64,000 nt of DNA. Source: Alphaproteobacteria bacterium. Lineage in GTDB: Bacteria; Pseudomonadota; Alphaproteobacteria; SHVV01. Below are positions 1 through 13,014 of this stretch, piece by piece. The stretch's first letter is position 1; each line of letters opens with the position of its first letter. The translations under genes and the position numbers were made by a program. The notes beneath the pieces are model-generated. The model saw only the letters and a list, made by a program, of their open reading frames with translations, did not search any database and had not been told where the DNA came from. The stretch lies in assembly GCA_965261735.1 (NCBI GenBank), contig OZ253470.1:1188129-1252128 (forward strand), read 5' to 3'.

Positions 1-43
1 CTCTTGCACAGAACGCAACATCAATTCGATTTCGGACAATCGA

Positions 44-553
44 TTGCGGCCGATTGCGGATACTCCGGCCCAACCGGCAACTCCAATAACCCTGGAGGTT
101 CAAATGTTCGGCAATCCCTCTTTGAACACCCGCATCGCCGTCGGCAAAACGCTCGGCGCCCTGTTCGGCCTTGCGGGATTTATCTACCTCACTGTCTATC
201 CGGTCGGCGATGAAAGCCTGCTGCGCTGGGGAATATTGCTCTGGTACACGACGCTGGGCGCGATCATCGGCGTGTTCGGCGTCTACACGTGGCACCCCGT
301 GCTGAAATTACCGATGCCGTGGTGGATTCTCGCACCCCTTTTGGGGGCGTGGATGAACTTCGTACTAACGTTCTTTGCCTATGACACGCTGGCCGCCGCC
401 ATGGCGTCCGTGTTCGGTCCGGAGGGCATCTTGTCTTCCCCGTTCTGGTTTGTCGCCGAGGGCGCCATTGTCGGGCTCATCATCGGCTTCGCCGCCACAC
501 GGTTCGGTGGCGAGGGACCCGAGACCGTTGCCCAGACCGCGGTCGTCCGGTGA
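44..553 (+). CDS. Hypothetical integral membrane protein. The true start may be the internal Met at 104.
   Basis: 169-aa ORF with about 5 hydrophobic segments and codon usage typical of the window. I recognise no family. Confidence 0.4.
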   Translation: MRPIADTPAQPATPITLEVQMFGNPSLNTRIAVGKTLGALFGLAGFIYLTVYPVGDESLLRWGILLWYTTLGAIIGVFGVYTWHPVLKLPMPWWILAPLLGAWMNFVLTFFAYDTLAAAMASVFGPEGILSSPFWFVAEGAIVGLIIGFAATRFGGEGPETVAQTAVVR

Positions 554-658
554 ATCGGGGACTACTCGCGCTGATCTGCCAGGGCAACGCGTTTGTAACG
601 TGAACGGGCAAAACGCGGCCGTTCAGGGGACCGGCTAAAGGCCGGCTTTGCCGGGCCG

Positions 659-1380
659 TCAAGGCGCGTGAACGGAAAACCTGCACTCGATCGCCTTATT
701 CGTGCGCCTCGCATCCTCCGCGCAATCGACGATCGTGCGGCCGTAGTTCTGCCAGATGTGGGCGCTCCAGCCGCTGGTCGGATCGTGGAGCGGCACGATC
801 TGGAACTGCTGCTCGAGCAGCACGCCGAGTACAAAGAAGGCTGGCACGGTAACGGCCAGCCCGAGCACCGACAATCGAAAACGATACCGGCGCTGCGTGG
901 CTGCCCAACGGTGGAAGTCGGCCGTGACTTTCCGATCACCCTCTTCGAGCAATTTCGCGGCTTCGCCTGTTACAGTTTTATGCGCAGCCAGCACCTTATC
1001 GAGCGCGGCCCAGGTATTCTTCGCCGCGGACGCGAACTTCTCCATGGCAAGGGTAAGCTTGTCGACTTTCCCACTTAGCTCGGCCAAATTCACGTCCGGT
1101 TCCTTGCCGAGGCGCGCGCAAATGCGGCGCGTCAGATCGAAGACGTTTTCAAGCGAGGCGAATTCCTCGGCCGGGACGTGTTCCGGATCGGGGTCGCCCC
1201 CAGCACCGCCACCCGGCAGATCCTTCGCGCCATCACTTTCAGCTGGCTGGGATGGGTCGCACGTGTTCGCCGCGAGGCTCTCCGATGCTGTCTCCCCGCG
1301 ATCCTCACCCGGGACTTTCCCGGCGGGCGCCGCGCTTCTCGGACCGCCAATTGCCGAAGGACGTGTCCATCCGGCCGGCT
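659..1380 (-). pseudogene. Hypothetical protein encoded immediately downstream of traG. Its 5' end (start codon plus 3 codons) has been displaced about 1.38 kb by an IS5 insertion.
   Basis: The body 659..1380 (minus strand) is an intact frame with a coiled-coil and a C-terminal TM segment. Removing IS5 (1385..2757) and one TTAG repeat restores ATG at complement(2767..2769), reading MKHLKPAGWTRPSAIGG... in frame. The ORF-track N-terminus MNPSSRLGNDDFFSSLL is IS inverted-repeat sequence. Confidence 0.55.
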
Positions 1381-2761
1381 TTAGCAGGCTGCTGAAAAAG
1401 TCATCATTGCCGAGCCTTGAACTCGGATTCATCGCCGAAATGAAATGAGATTTCGTGTCTTAGGGTGAAACCGTCTTCAATCTCGACCGATCCGATGCCC
1501 TGGGCTTCGTCCAGTTCGATGATCTGCCACTTTGCGGTCAGCGGCGTGCCGGCATCGCCCGTCATGTTGGCGCCTCCGCCAGCAGTCTGGGTAGTCGGAC
1601 GAGGTTGTAGGCGGCCAAGGCCAGGGTGAACGAAGCGTCGACCCGGTGGCGGCCCCGGAATTTGGTCTTGCTCAATCCCGCGCTCGTCTTGACCCAGCCG
1701 AAGACCTCCTCGATGCGCTTGCGGCAACGTTGGCTGACGCCGTAACCGGGATGGCGCGTCGTGCGCCCGTCTATCTTGGTCTTGCGCCGCTTGCCGGTCT
1801 TGGTGACGTGGTCCTGGACGGCGATATGGGGGGTCACCTTGCGGTGCCGCAGTTCCTCGACAAAATCCGCGACGTCAAAACCCTTGTCCCCGCCCACCGT
1901 GATCCGACGCCGCCCGCCTCTACTCTCCACCGGGCGATGCCTGTCGATCAGATCAAGGGCGGCTTCGCGTTCCGCCGTGCCCGACGCAATGGTCACGCCG
2001 CCGCCGACTGCCAGACCATGGCGGTTCTCCGTCAGCGCATGGCCCATGTAACACAGCTTGCTTTCCCGGCCATTACCCTTGCGATAAAGCCGGGCGTCCG
2101 GATCAGTGGTGCTTGCATGGGTCGCGTTCGAGCGTTTCTCGCCATGAAAATCCCGCGCGGCGTTGCGCCCCGATCCCCCGTCGCCATCGTCCTCACCTTT
2201 GGGACGAAAGCTCTTCATCGACGCCCAGGCCTCGATCAATGTTCCGTCTACCGAAAAATGATCCCGGCTCAATAGTCCCCCTACCTTGTGGTGCTGGATA
2301 ACCCCCGCAAGCAGCTGCCCCGAAACCTCCGCCTCCAGAAGACGGTCCCGGTTGTGGCAGAACGCGCTGGCGTCCCACACGCCATCGTCCAGCCCAAGCC
2401 CCACAAACCAGCAAAACAGCATGTTGAAGTTTAGCTGCTCCATCAGCTGACGCTCCGAGCGGATCGAATAAAACGCCTGCAACAGTAACGCTCGAAGAAG
2501 CTTCTCCGGCGGGATCGATGGGCGACCCATGTGGGAATAAAGCGTCTCGAACTCCGAAGATAGAGACCCCAATACGTCGTTCACGATCTCACGGATCAGA
2601 CGCAGCGGATGATCATCCGGAACACGCTCTTCCAAGTCTACGTAGCTGAATAAATTGCCACTGCTTTGATCTCGACCCCGCATGCCATCCTCCATCACTC
2701 GAAGAAATCACAGAATCATGTCACAATTGCAAAGGCGAGGACTTTTTCAGCAGCCTGTTAG
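1381..2761 (-). mobile_element. IS5-family insertion sequence, about 1.37 kb, with 18-bp perfect terminal inverted repeats and a 4-bp target duplication TTAG.
   Basis: CAGGCTGCTGAAAAAGTC at 1385-1402 matches GACTTTTTCAGCAGCCTG at 2740-2757. Both are flanked by TTAG (1381-1384 and 2758-2761), which fits the YTAR target preference of IS5. Confidence 0.8.
1562..2698 (-). CDS. IS5-family (IS4/IS5 superfamily) DDE transposase.
   Basis: 378 aa. The N-terminus LFSYVDLEERVPDDHPLRLIREIV and the D..D..E spacing are characteristic of IS5/IS1031-group transposases. Confidence 0.9.
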   Translation of the reverse strand: MMEDGMRGRDQSSGNLFSYVDLEERVPDDHPLRLIREIVNDVLGSLSSEFETLYSHMGRPSIPPEKLLRALLLQAFYSIRSERQLMEQLNFNMLFCWFVGLGLDDGVWDASAFCHNRDRLLEAEVSGQLLAGVIQHHKVGGLLSRDHFSVDGTLIEAWASMKSFRPKGEDDGDGGSGRNAARDFHGEKRSNATHASTTDPDARLYRKGNGRESKLCYMGHALTENRHGLAVGGGVTIASGTAEREAALDLIDRHRPVESRGGRRRITVGGDKGFDVADFVEELRHRKVTPHIAVQDHVTKTGKRRKTKIDGRTTRHPGYGVSQRCRKRIEEVFGWVKTSAGLSKTKFRGRHRVDASFTLALAAYNLVRLPRLLAEAPT

Positions 2762-2814
2762 TGCTTCATTAGCCCCAGGATCGCGATTGCCTGCCAATTG
2801 TTCAAGTTTCTCCG

Positions 2815-4636
2815 TCACAACGTTTTTCCACCGAAGGGTAGTTTGAATTGCGGCCACACCCGCTTTGCGTTGGCCTTTTCCGCGCGTTCTTTGCGGATGA
2901 CGAAAGGGTTGGGATCAGCGAGGTCGCGGGAATCCCAACGGCGCCAGTAGCGGGCGTGATGAAGATGGAGTGCATCTCTCGGCATGTCCTTGGGCGAGGC
3001 GATGATGTATTGGCGATCGGGGCCAAGGGTCATGAGTTCATCGGGGGTGATCAGGCGCTCGCGCACCAGGGCGCGGGAATCGCCGGCTTGCCATTGCGTG
3101 TTGGCGGTGACGATGCGGTTCTCGGCGATGGTGCCGGAACGGTTTTCGGTCCGGGCCTCGAAGGTGGCGGTGCCGATGGCCTTGGAAAGTTCCTCGGCGC
3201 CCTCGGCGTCGGTGCGCGGGAAGCCCAGGATCTGGACCAGTTCGGCCAGATGCAGGAGGGTCTTGCGGTGCTCCTTGCCCCAGGTCGAATCGAGGGCCGA
3301 GATCGACTGGGCGAAGCACCAGAAGTGGACGCCCTTGCCGGCGGCCATGGTGTAGCCGTCCATGACCGGCTTGAGGTAGCCAAGCCGCGGCATCTCGTCG
3401 ATGACGATAAGAAGATCGCGCTCAAGCGGTTTGATACCGGCGACGGCGTTGGGGATGGTGACCCACAGGCGCAGCCAGCCCTTGACGTGCTCGATGGTCT
3501 CTTCCGGCGCAACGACGAAGAGGTCGGTATCGCCCTCCGCCAGGATCAGGGGATCGAAGCTGGAGGTTTGCGTATGGGCGAGCAATTCAGGGTAGTTCAG
3601 GAAGGCGAGCTGGTTGGCGATGGTCATGAAATTGCTGCCGCCTTCCTCATCGCCGACCTGGGCCTGGCGCTCAACCGCGATATGGGTGAGCCCGCCGGCG
3701 AAGCGGTCCATTGAGGCCACCCCCTCGGCAAAATCATCCCGTTCCTTCGGTGGCATCGAGAGCATCTCGTAAAGGGTGGACAGGTTTTGCCTCTCGGCCG
3801 GTTCCTGGAAACGGACCCATGCCATGTAACCCGCAACGATAGCGCGCGCGGACTCATAGAAATGCTTGCCGGCGTTATGAGCATCAGGACGCGGCGGCGT
3901 GAGCAGAGCGTCCAGGAGGACATAGATGTCGCGCACGGCGAGGCTGTCATCGTCTCGAATAAAGTCGAGCGGGTTGTAGAGCACGCTTTCGACATCCGGC
4001 AGATGGGTTTCCTTGAACTTCTTGTGCTCGGCCACCACCCCGAAGGGATCGATCAGCAGAGCCCGGCGGCCCAGCTCGCGCCTGCGCCGCGCGGCGATGC
4101 ACCAGAGCTCGCCGCGCGGGTCGATGGTGACGGTCCCCCCGGTCGTCGGGCGACAGCAGGTTTAGGGCGATGAGAGCGCCCTTGCCGGCGCGGGGCGGGG
4201 CCACGGTGATGGCGGAGCCTTCCAGGGACCAGCCGATCAGCTTGGCATTGCGGCCCGCGCCCCACTGGCCGAGCAGGATGCCCCGGCGTTTGGCGAGGCG
4301 GCGCAGAGACCTTCGGCCGAGCAGCTTCGACCTGCCGTAGAGATCGGACTCGGCGCGCTGGCGGCGGTTGCCACTCTGAAGGTATTTGAGGCTGTGGATC
4401 AGGACCTCGAACCACGGCAGGAAAGAAATCGCGAAGCCCGGGGGCGGCACGGCGATCAAGGCCAGTTCATGGCCGCTCAGGCGGGTGAGCCGGTCGACAA
4501 ACCCTAAGAAGGAGGAGGCCTCGAGCACGGGCCGGACGATCTCCATCCAGATCGACGCGGCGCAAATCATCATTGCCGCGCTGTAGATCCGCCGCATCGT
4601 CGCGATGATCCGCGAACGCTGGCCCAACGTCGACAT
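2815..4636 (-). pseudogene. traG: traG/virD4 type IV secretion coupling protein, disrupted by a frameshift in a C6 homopolymer (4135-4140). The 5' end abuts an IS1380 remnant.
   Basis: The N-terminal ORF (3947..4636) has a TM region and Walker A PPRAGKGA. The C-terminal ORF (2815..4038) continues in another frame with TVTIDPRGELW...LLIVIDEMPRLGYL (Walker B) and the TraG/VirD4 C-terminal region. The frames join at gacggtcccccc ggtc. Confidence 0.8.
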
Positions 4637-5290
4637 CCTGCTGCGCGGCGACCGCGGCTTCGCGCGCGAGAACCTGATGCGCTGGTGCGAGGGAAATGCC
4701 GTGGATTACGTCTTCGGCCTGGCGCGCAACGATGTCCTGCTCAAGAAAGCACAGAGGGTCCGCGGCAAGGCCGCCATGGCCATGATCGAAACCGGCCAGC
4801 CGGTCCGCGCCTACGGCGATTTTCACCATATGACCAAATCACGATCTTGGGCCCGGCCACGGCGCGTCATCGCCAAGGTCGAACACAAGCCCGGACACGA
4901 ACAGCGCTGCCGCTTCCTCGTCACCTCCCTGGATCGCCACCAAGTCCCGCCCAGGGAACTCTACGAAGACACCTATTGCCCACGCGGAGACATGGAAAAC
5001 CGCATCAAGGACTGCCAACTCGATTTGTTTGCCAATCGCATGAGCGCGCACGCCTACAAAGCCAACCAGCTCCGCCTGCTCCTCGCCGCTTTCGCCTATG
5101 TCCTCATCGACGGTATCCGCGTGTCGCCCTGAAAAAGACGGCCCTGGCCAAGGCCGTCCCCAATACCATCCGCCTGAAACTTCTGAAGCTCGGCGCCAAA
5201 GTCATCAACTCCGTGCGACGCATCAAGCTCTCCCTGCCCGATGCCTGCCCTTACAAAGACCTCTTCTTCAAGGCCCGCGCCGCCCTGGCG
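4605..5290 (+). pseudogene. IS1380-family transposase fragment, C-terminal roughly two thirds, with an internal frameshift.
   Basis: LLRGDRGFARENLMRWCEGNAVDYVFGLARN...YKANQLRLLLAAFAYVLIDGIR, then in a second frame ...TIRLKLLKLGAKVINSVRRIKLSLPDACPYKDLFFKA. There is no N-terminal region and I could not identify an IR. Confidence 0.7.
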
Positions 5291-5594
5291 CCCCCATAAT
5301 CGCAACTCTCCACCGCAACAGGGAAAAGGGGGCAACGCTGCGGCGGCGATGACTCCTGCATGCCCGAAAGCCACCAAAACTCAAATCATACGCGGAGCCT
5401 GCCCAACTATCTCGGCCAGAATATCCATCTCAAAGCCCGACCCACCACACCGACACTCAAATCAGCCCAATCACTCTCAAATGCACCGTCTCAAAAACGC
5501 CTCGCGAGAAGTCCGGGATATATCGTTGTGTTCGGGAGCGATATCCTCGCTATTTGTGCTTTACAGCCCTTCCGCGAACACCATATTGATGGGT

Positions 5595-6023
5595 ATGGAA
5601 ACGATCCGCCTCTACACCAAAGTGCGTCGCCTACTTAAAGGAGCAAACCTCCGGCCAACGCAGCAGCGCTTGGCGCTCGCACGGCTGCTCATGGATGGGA
5701 CGCACCGACATGTCACCGCCGAGCAGCTCCACGGCGACGCAGTGGCGGCTAACATCAAAGTATCGTTGGCGACGGTCTATAACACTCTCCACCAATTCAC
5801 TAACGCAGGTTTGTTGCGTGAAGTCGTCGTAGAGCCGGGCCGTTCCTATTTCGACACGAACACGTCCGACCACCACCACTTCTTCAATGTCGACTGCGGC
5901 GAATTGATCGACATTTCGGGTGAAGAGTTCAGTGTAGGGAAGCTTCCGCCCACGCCCTATGGAACTCAGATCAGCCGGATCGACATCATCGTCCAAATCC
6001 GAGAAGACGAAGATCCGGCTTAG
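5595..6023 (+). CDS. irr: Fur-family transcriptional regulator, Irr-like (iron response regulator with an HHH motif), directly upstream of katG.
   Basis: LRPTQQRLALARLL...VSLATVYNTLHQFTNAGLL...SYFDTNTSDHHHFF closely matches rhizobial Irr (LRPTRQRVAL...SLATVYNTLHQFTEAG...YFDTNVSDHHHFF). It is in the same frame as ORF 5241..6023, and the start is taken as the ATG at 5595. Confidence 0.75.
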   Translation: METIRLYTKVRRLLKGANLRPTQQRLALARLLMDGTHRHVTAEQLHGDAVAANIKVSLATVYNTLHQFTNAGLLREVVVEPGRSYFDTNTSDHHHFFNVDCGELIDISGEEFSVGKLPPTPYGTQISRIDIIVQIREDEDPA

Positions 6024-6287
6024 GATCGTTTTGTGGTCTCAAGCGGATATTTTTGTGTTTGGAACGCTTCCAATTCATTGACTCGGTATTCGCCGTTTCC
6101 CATATTCACCGATGCGGACCGGCGATCCCAATTCTGAGCGCGTTGCAACCGCAATTTTGATACGGGAATCAGCCAAACAAATTGTGGGAAGATGCCACGC
6201 CGTCCTTGAAGGGAACTCGAACCCGACAGAATTTAAAAGACTCATATGGTGGCTAGAACCAGGCACTATTTGGGGAATGTCAGCTAA

Positions 6288-8513
<2,226 letters not shown>

Positions 8514-8540
8514 TCCCAACGGAAAGGTCTTCGAGGGCTT

Positions 8541-9650
8541 CTAGTGGATTGATTCCAACGTTTGGAACCCTCTGTTTCGTGCGGCGATGATATGATCGGG
8601 GTCGGCTTTCCAGATGAAGGGTTTTGGGTTTGCGTCATTGTATTCGCGGACAAATCGGTTGATGGCGGCCTGAAGGTCGACGACGGATTGGAAGACGCCG
8701 TATTTGAGCCTGCGCCGCGTTAGTTTGGCGAAGAAGCCCTCGACGGCATTGAGCCACGAGCACGAGGTTGGCGTGAAGTGGAAGGTCCAGCGTGGATGGC
8801 GGGCGAGCCAGGCGCGGACCTTGTCCTTCTTGTGCGCGGCGTAGTTGTCGAGGATGACGTGGACGGCCTTGTCCGTCGGCACCTCGCGCTCGATGCGGTT
8901 GAGGAAGCGGATGAACTCCTGATGGCGGTGGCGCTGCATGTTCTGTGCGATGACCGTACCGTCCAGCACGTTGAGCGCGGCGAACAGCGTCGTCGTGCCA
9001 TGCCGTTTGTAATCATAGGTCATCGTACCGGCGCGGCCCTTCTTCATCGGCAAGCCGGGTTGGGTGCGGTCGAGCGCCTGGATCTGTGATTTCTCATCAA
9101 CCGACAGCACCACGGCATGGGCCGGCGGATCGACATACAAGCCGACGATATCTGTGAGCTTCTCGGCGAAGGCGGGATCATTGGAGAGCTTGAAGTGCCG
9201 CCAGCGGTGCGGGCTGAGGCCATGGGCCTTCCAGATCGCTTGGACCGTCGACGCCGCGACGCCAGTAACCTTCGCCATCGCGCGCAGCGTCCAGTGGGTC
9301 GCCTCGTGCGGCGGCGCTTGCTGGGTCAGGCGGACGATCTCGGCGACGCGCTCCGGCGGGATCGGCGCTTTGCCAGGCGGACGGGACCTGTCGCGAAGCA
9401 AGCCGTTGACACCCTCGTGCATGAACCGCTCCTGCCAGCGCCAGACACAGGTCTTGGACTTGCCGGTCTCGGCCATGATCGACGAGTTCCCGAGCCCCTC
9501 GTCGCTCTTCAGGATGATCCGCGCCCGCCAGACATGTTTCTGCGAGCTCTTCGGGTCCGCGACGATAGCTTGCAATCGCTGACGGTCGCCAGACGTGACA
9601 GTAAAATGGATGCCGGTGCGCATAGCACAGACTCGCATGACACCGCACAA
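8541..9650 (-). CDS. IS630-family (Tc1/mariner-like) DDE transposase.
   Basis: 369 aa with an HTH N-terminal half and a DDE region ...HAVVLSVDEKSQIQAL...HVILDNYAAHKK...WLNAVEGFFAKLT. Confidence 0.9.
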   Translation of the reverse strand: MCGVMRVCAMRTGIHFTVTSGDRQRLQAIVADPKSSQKHVWRARIILKSDEGLGNSSIMAETGKSKTCVWRWQERFMHEGVNGLLRDRSRPPGKAPIPPERVAEIVRLTQQAPPHEATHWTLRAMAKVTGVAASTVQAIWKAHGLSPHRWRHFKLSNDPAFAEKLTDIVGLYVDPPAHAVVLSVDEKSQIQALDRTQPGLPMKKGRAGTMTYDYKRHGTTTLFAALNVLDGTVIAQNMQRHRHQEFIRFLNRIEREVPTDKAVHVILDNYAAHKKDKVRAWLARHPRWTFHFTPTSCSWLNAVEGFFAKLTRRRLKYGVFQSVVDLQAAINRFVREYNDANPKPFIWKADPDHIIAARNRGFQTLESIH

Positions 9651-9695
9651 TACGGAATCTCAAATCGGACTCTTTCGTTCCGATCAATCCACTAG
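8541..9695 (-). mobile_element. IS630-family insertion sequence, copy 1 (1155 bp), with TA-flanked inverted repeats CTAGTGGATTGAT...ATCAATCCACTAG. It sits 28 bp downstream of katG.
   Basis: Terminal IRs are at 8541-8556 and 9680-9695. It is 99.7% identical to copy 2 at 13640..14794. Confidence 0.85.
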
Positions 9696-9765
9696 ATTGG
9701 ATTGGTCCCATTATCGGAGGAGCGATCGCAGCTCTTGTCTACAAGCACGTATTCATGAGCGACAG

Positions 9766-10074
9766 TCAGCCGAACGAGTAGTCCTGCACTGAAGATCGCA
9801 ACGGCCCCATGGGGTATTTGTATGGACGCCTCCCGGAACGCAAGGACCGATTTGGTCCAACGCCCGCGAAGGGTGCGAAGCGGTCGCGAATGGCGGTCGC
9901 GAGGTTTTCGGGGCCTGCTTTGCTGTCAACCGCCTCACGCAGGATGAGGCGCGCTTCTTCTTCCATTGAACGCCCCACCGTGAAACACATCAGACGACGA
10001 GACAAACTCCAGAAAATGGCATTCAGAAGTGCAATCACGCCGCCGCATCGGCTCACGATTCGTCGCGGGATCAA
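9766..10074 (-). pseudogene. Possible remnant of a ribbon-helix-helix antitoxin (VapB/FitA-like). The N-terminus is aberrant and no cognate toxin is present.
   Basis: The segment ...GRSMEEEARLILREAVDSKAGPENLATAIRDRFAPFAGV resembles the C-terminal half of FitA/VapB-type antitoxins (RSMEEE..R.IL..AV......LG..I..RFA). The expected N-terminal beta-strand region is missing. The gene is bracketed by IS630 (9695) and IS256 (10087). Confidence 0.25.
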
Positions 10075-10086
10075 GGCCTAAACCTG

Positions 10087-11537
10087 GTCGTGTCCCAGGA
10101 CGTGGTGTAGGAGTTGTTGGAGCCTCTGTTAGCTGTGGGTAGGCGGCTTGCCGTAGCGACCGCCGAGAGTCTGGCGTAGGCAAGCCGGCTATCCACAGCG
10201 GAGGCCATCGCGGTTCCGGTTTAGGGTTGGGCTAGTGCAAACCAACCTGACCCGAAGGAGAACCACGATGACCCAGGACATGATGACCCTGCGCGCGCTT
10301 TTGGAGAAGAGCTCCGATGCCGATCTGCTTTGCGAGATGATCGGCTTCACGGCCGAGCGGCTGATGGCACTGGAGGTTGAGGGCCTGACCGGCGCCGGGC
10401 ACGGCGAGCGCTCGGCGGATCGTATCACCCATCGCAACGGCTACCGCGACCGGTCCTGGGAGACGCGGGCCGGCACGGTCGAGCTGAAGATCCCGAAGCT
10501 GAGGAAGGGAAGCTACTTCCCGGGCTTCCTGGAGCCGCGGCGGATGGCCGAGAAGGCGCTGGCTGCGGTGATCCAGGAGGCCTACATCCAGGGGGTGTCG
10601 ACCCGCTCGGTCGACGATCTGGTTCAGGCGATGGGGATGTCGGGCGCCTCCAAGAGCCAGGTCTCCAGGCTGTGCGGCGAGATCGACGATAAGGTCACCG
10701 GCTTCCTCGATCGACCGCTGGAGGGCGACTGGCCCTATCTGTGGCTCGACGCCACCTACGTGAAGGTGCGCCAGACCGGACGCATCGTCTCGGTCGCGGT
10801 GACCGTGGCTGTGGCCGTCAACGACCAAGGCCGCCGCGAGGTCCTGGGCGTGGCGATCGGCGCGTCGGAGGCCGAGACCTTCTGGACCGAGTTCCTGCGC
10901 TCGCTGGCCCGGCGCGGGCTGCGCGGCGTGAAGCTGGTGATCTCCGACGACCACAAGGGCCTGAAGGCCGCCGCGACCCGGATCCTCGGCGCCACATGGC
11001 AGCGCTGCCGCGTGCACTTCGCCCGCAACCTGCTGGCCCATGCCGGCCGCCAGGGCCGGCGCGTCGTCTCCGCCTTCGTCGCCACCGCCTTCGCCCAGGA
11101 GGACGCCGACAGCGCGAAGGTCCAGTGGCGCCAGGTCGCCGACCAGCTCAGGCCCAAGGTGCCCAAGCTGGCAGTTCTCATGGACGAAGCCGAGAGCACG
11201 ACGTCCTCGCCTACATGAGCTTCCCCAGGGAGCACCGCCAGAAATTGCACTCCACAAACCCGATCGAACGGCTCCATGCCGAGGTCAAGCGTCGCACCAA
11301 CGTCGTCGGTATCTTTCCCAACGAAGCCGCCATCACACGGCTCGTCGGCGCCATCCTTCTCGAGCAGAACGACGAGTGGGCCGTCTCAAGGAGATACATG
11401 ACGCTGGAATCCATCGCCCCGCTGAGCGATGGTGTCCCCATCACGCTGCCCACCGTGGCAGCCTGAACGTCCCGGCCCTACCCGCCGGGAGCCGCGTAGA
11501 GCGCAACGCTCTTACACCACTCCGCGGGACACGATCC
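10087..11537 (+). mobile_element. IS256-family insertion sequence, copy A (1451 bp), with an 8-bp target-site duplication TAAACCTG.
   Basis: Left end GTCGTGTCCCAGG, right end CCGCGGGACACGATCC. Identical flanking octamers at 10079-10086 and 11538-11545. Confidence 0.85.
10235..11466 (+). pseudogene. IS256-family (mutator-type) transposase, inactivated. Relative to the intact copy B it carries a 15-bp in-frame duplication and a 2-bp insertion that causes a frameshift.
   Basis: Compared with the intact copy at 15965..17179, copy A reads [14 protein letters not shown] (15-bp duplication) and gaagccgagAGcacgacg, which shifts frame. The C-terminus continues in ORF 10741..11466. Confidence 0.8.
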
Positions 11538-11562
11538 TAAACCTGTAGATCAGATTCTTGGT

Positions 11563-12978
11563 GGGGACAGGGGTTGTGTCTCGAAAGTGGTGGAAATTGG
11601 TTTTGGCGCCTCTCCGAGCGGGTTGAGTTTTGCGGCGGTCAGGCTGCGCGGTCAAGGGTTTCGTCGGCGATTAGCTGATCGAGGGTTTCCCATCCATCGA
11701 CTTTGCGCATCTGGATTTGGCCGGAAGCGAGGAGTGCCCAGAGGAGCATCGGCACTGTTTCGGGACACGGCAGCACGGTCTGTGTTTTGATCCGGCGCTT
11801 GAACTCCTCGTTGAGACGCTCAATGGCGTTGGTCGTTCGGGCTGATTTCCATTGGCTCTTGGACAGGCGCGTGAAGGTAAAGAGCTTGTCGCCCGCTTCT
11901 GCGAGGCTGTCCGCGACGGCCCTGCATTTCAGCCGCCACTTGCGGACAAACGCCTTGCGGCGGGTTTCCACCTCGGAGGCAGTGTCGGCATAGATCATAT
12001 CGCGGTAATCTTCGCTCAGCTCGTCATGCACGTGTTTGGGAGCATGACCCAGAAGGTTGCGGTGCTTGTGCACGGTGCAGCGTTGAACGGGAAGGTCATC
12101 GCCCCAAAGCGCCGACAGAGCCGCCTCCAGTCCCGGCGCGCCATCGACGATGACAAACCCGGGCCGTTTCAGTCCACGCGCATCAAGGTCGTCGAGGAAC
12201 TGGCGCCACGCCGCCTGGCTTTCTCCGCCCATATTCCCGATCGAAAGCAAGACCTTCTGGCCATCCCGGCGCACCCCTATAGCCGCGAGAACCGAGATGT
12301 TGGTGGCCTTGCGGTCCAGTCGGGTCTTGATCACAGTGCCGTCAAGGATCAGCCGAACGATATCCTCATCCGCGAGGCCACGGCTGCACCAGGCGTCCCA
12401 ATCGACCTTCACCTTGCGCCACGCCCGGCTCACAACGTCCTTGCTCACAGCACCCCGGAAGAGCCCGAACAGCGCGCGTTTCACCCGCCGCGTGTTGGTT
12501 CCGGACAGATACACCGAAGCGATCAGCGCCTCGGCCTTTCTGGTCAGCCGCTGGTAGCGCGGCAGCGCCCGCGAACGCCATTCCGACGCCCGACCGTCTT
12601 CCTCAACGATCCGCGCACGCGGCACGCTCACCCTCTCGGTCCCGAATGTCCCCGTCAGTTGCCGCTCCCGGTGCCCGTTCCAGATACCCTTGCCGAAGCG
12701 CGTCCTCTCGACCGTATCGGCAGCGCCCGAGAAACTGCGCAAGTTCCTCCTCAAAAACGGCCTCGATCGTGGATCTGATGTTCTCCCGCAGCCGGTCCTC
12801 GAGCGGATCATAGCCGGCGTCATTGGCCAGTAGCGAAAGCGCGGAAGTCTCGGTAGTGTTCTTCATGGCGTGATCTCCTTGGCGGTGCTAGCCGCCGATT
12901 GGGTGGTTGTCTTGTCACCCGGAGATTACGCCATCCTCAAATTTCCACCACTTTCGAGACACAGCCGGGACAGGTTCC
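11563..12978 (-). mobile_element. Third, distinct IS256-family element. Its transposase is split by a frameshift, which is either programmed or inactivating.
   Basis: Imperfect IRs with a shared 23-bp core TGTGTCTCGAAAGTGGTGGAAAT at both ends. The N-terminal ORF 12603..12866 (MKNTTETSALSLLANDAGYDPLEDRLRENIRSTIEAVFEEELAQFLGR) is typical of IS256. The body ORF 11639..12823 carries the DDE domain. Confidence 0.7.
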
Positions 12979-13014
12979 AGTTAGAGACTTGTCGAAGACG
13001 CCCTCGCCGCATGG

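Noticed and set aside
9064-9695. ORFs on the plus strand within the IS630 copies (172 and 192 aa, identical in both copies).
   Set aside because: Both are antisense to the IS630 transposase. They are conserved only because the whole IS is duplicated, and they show no motifs.
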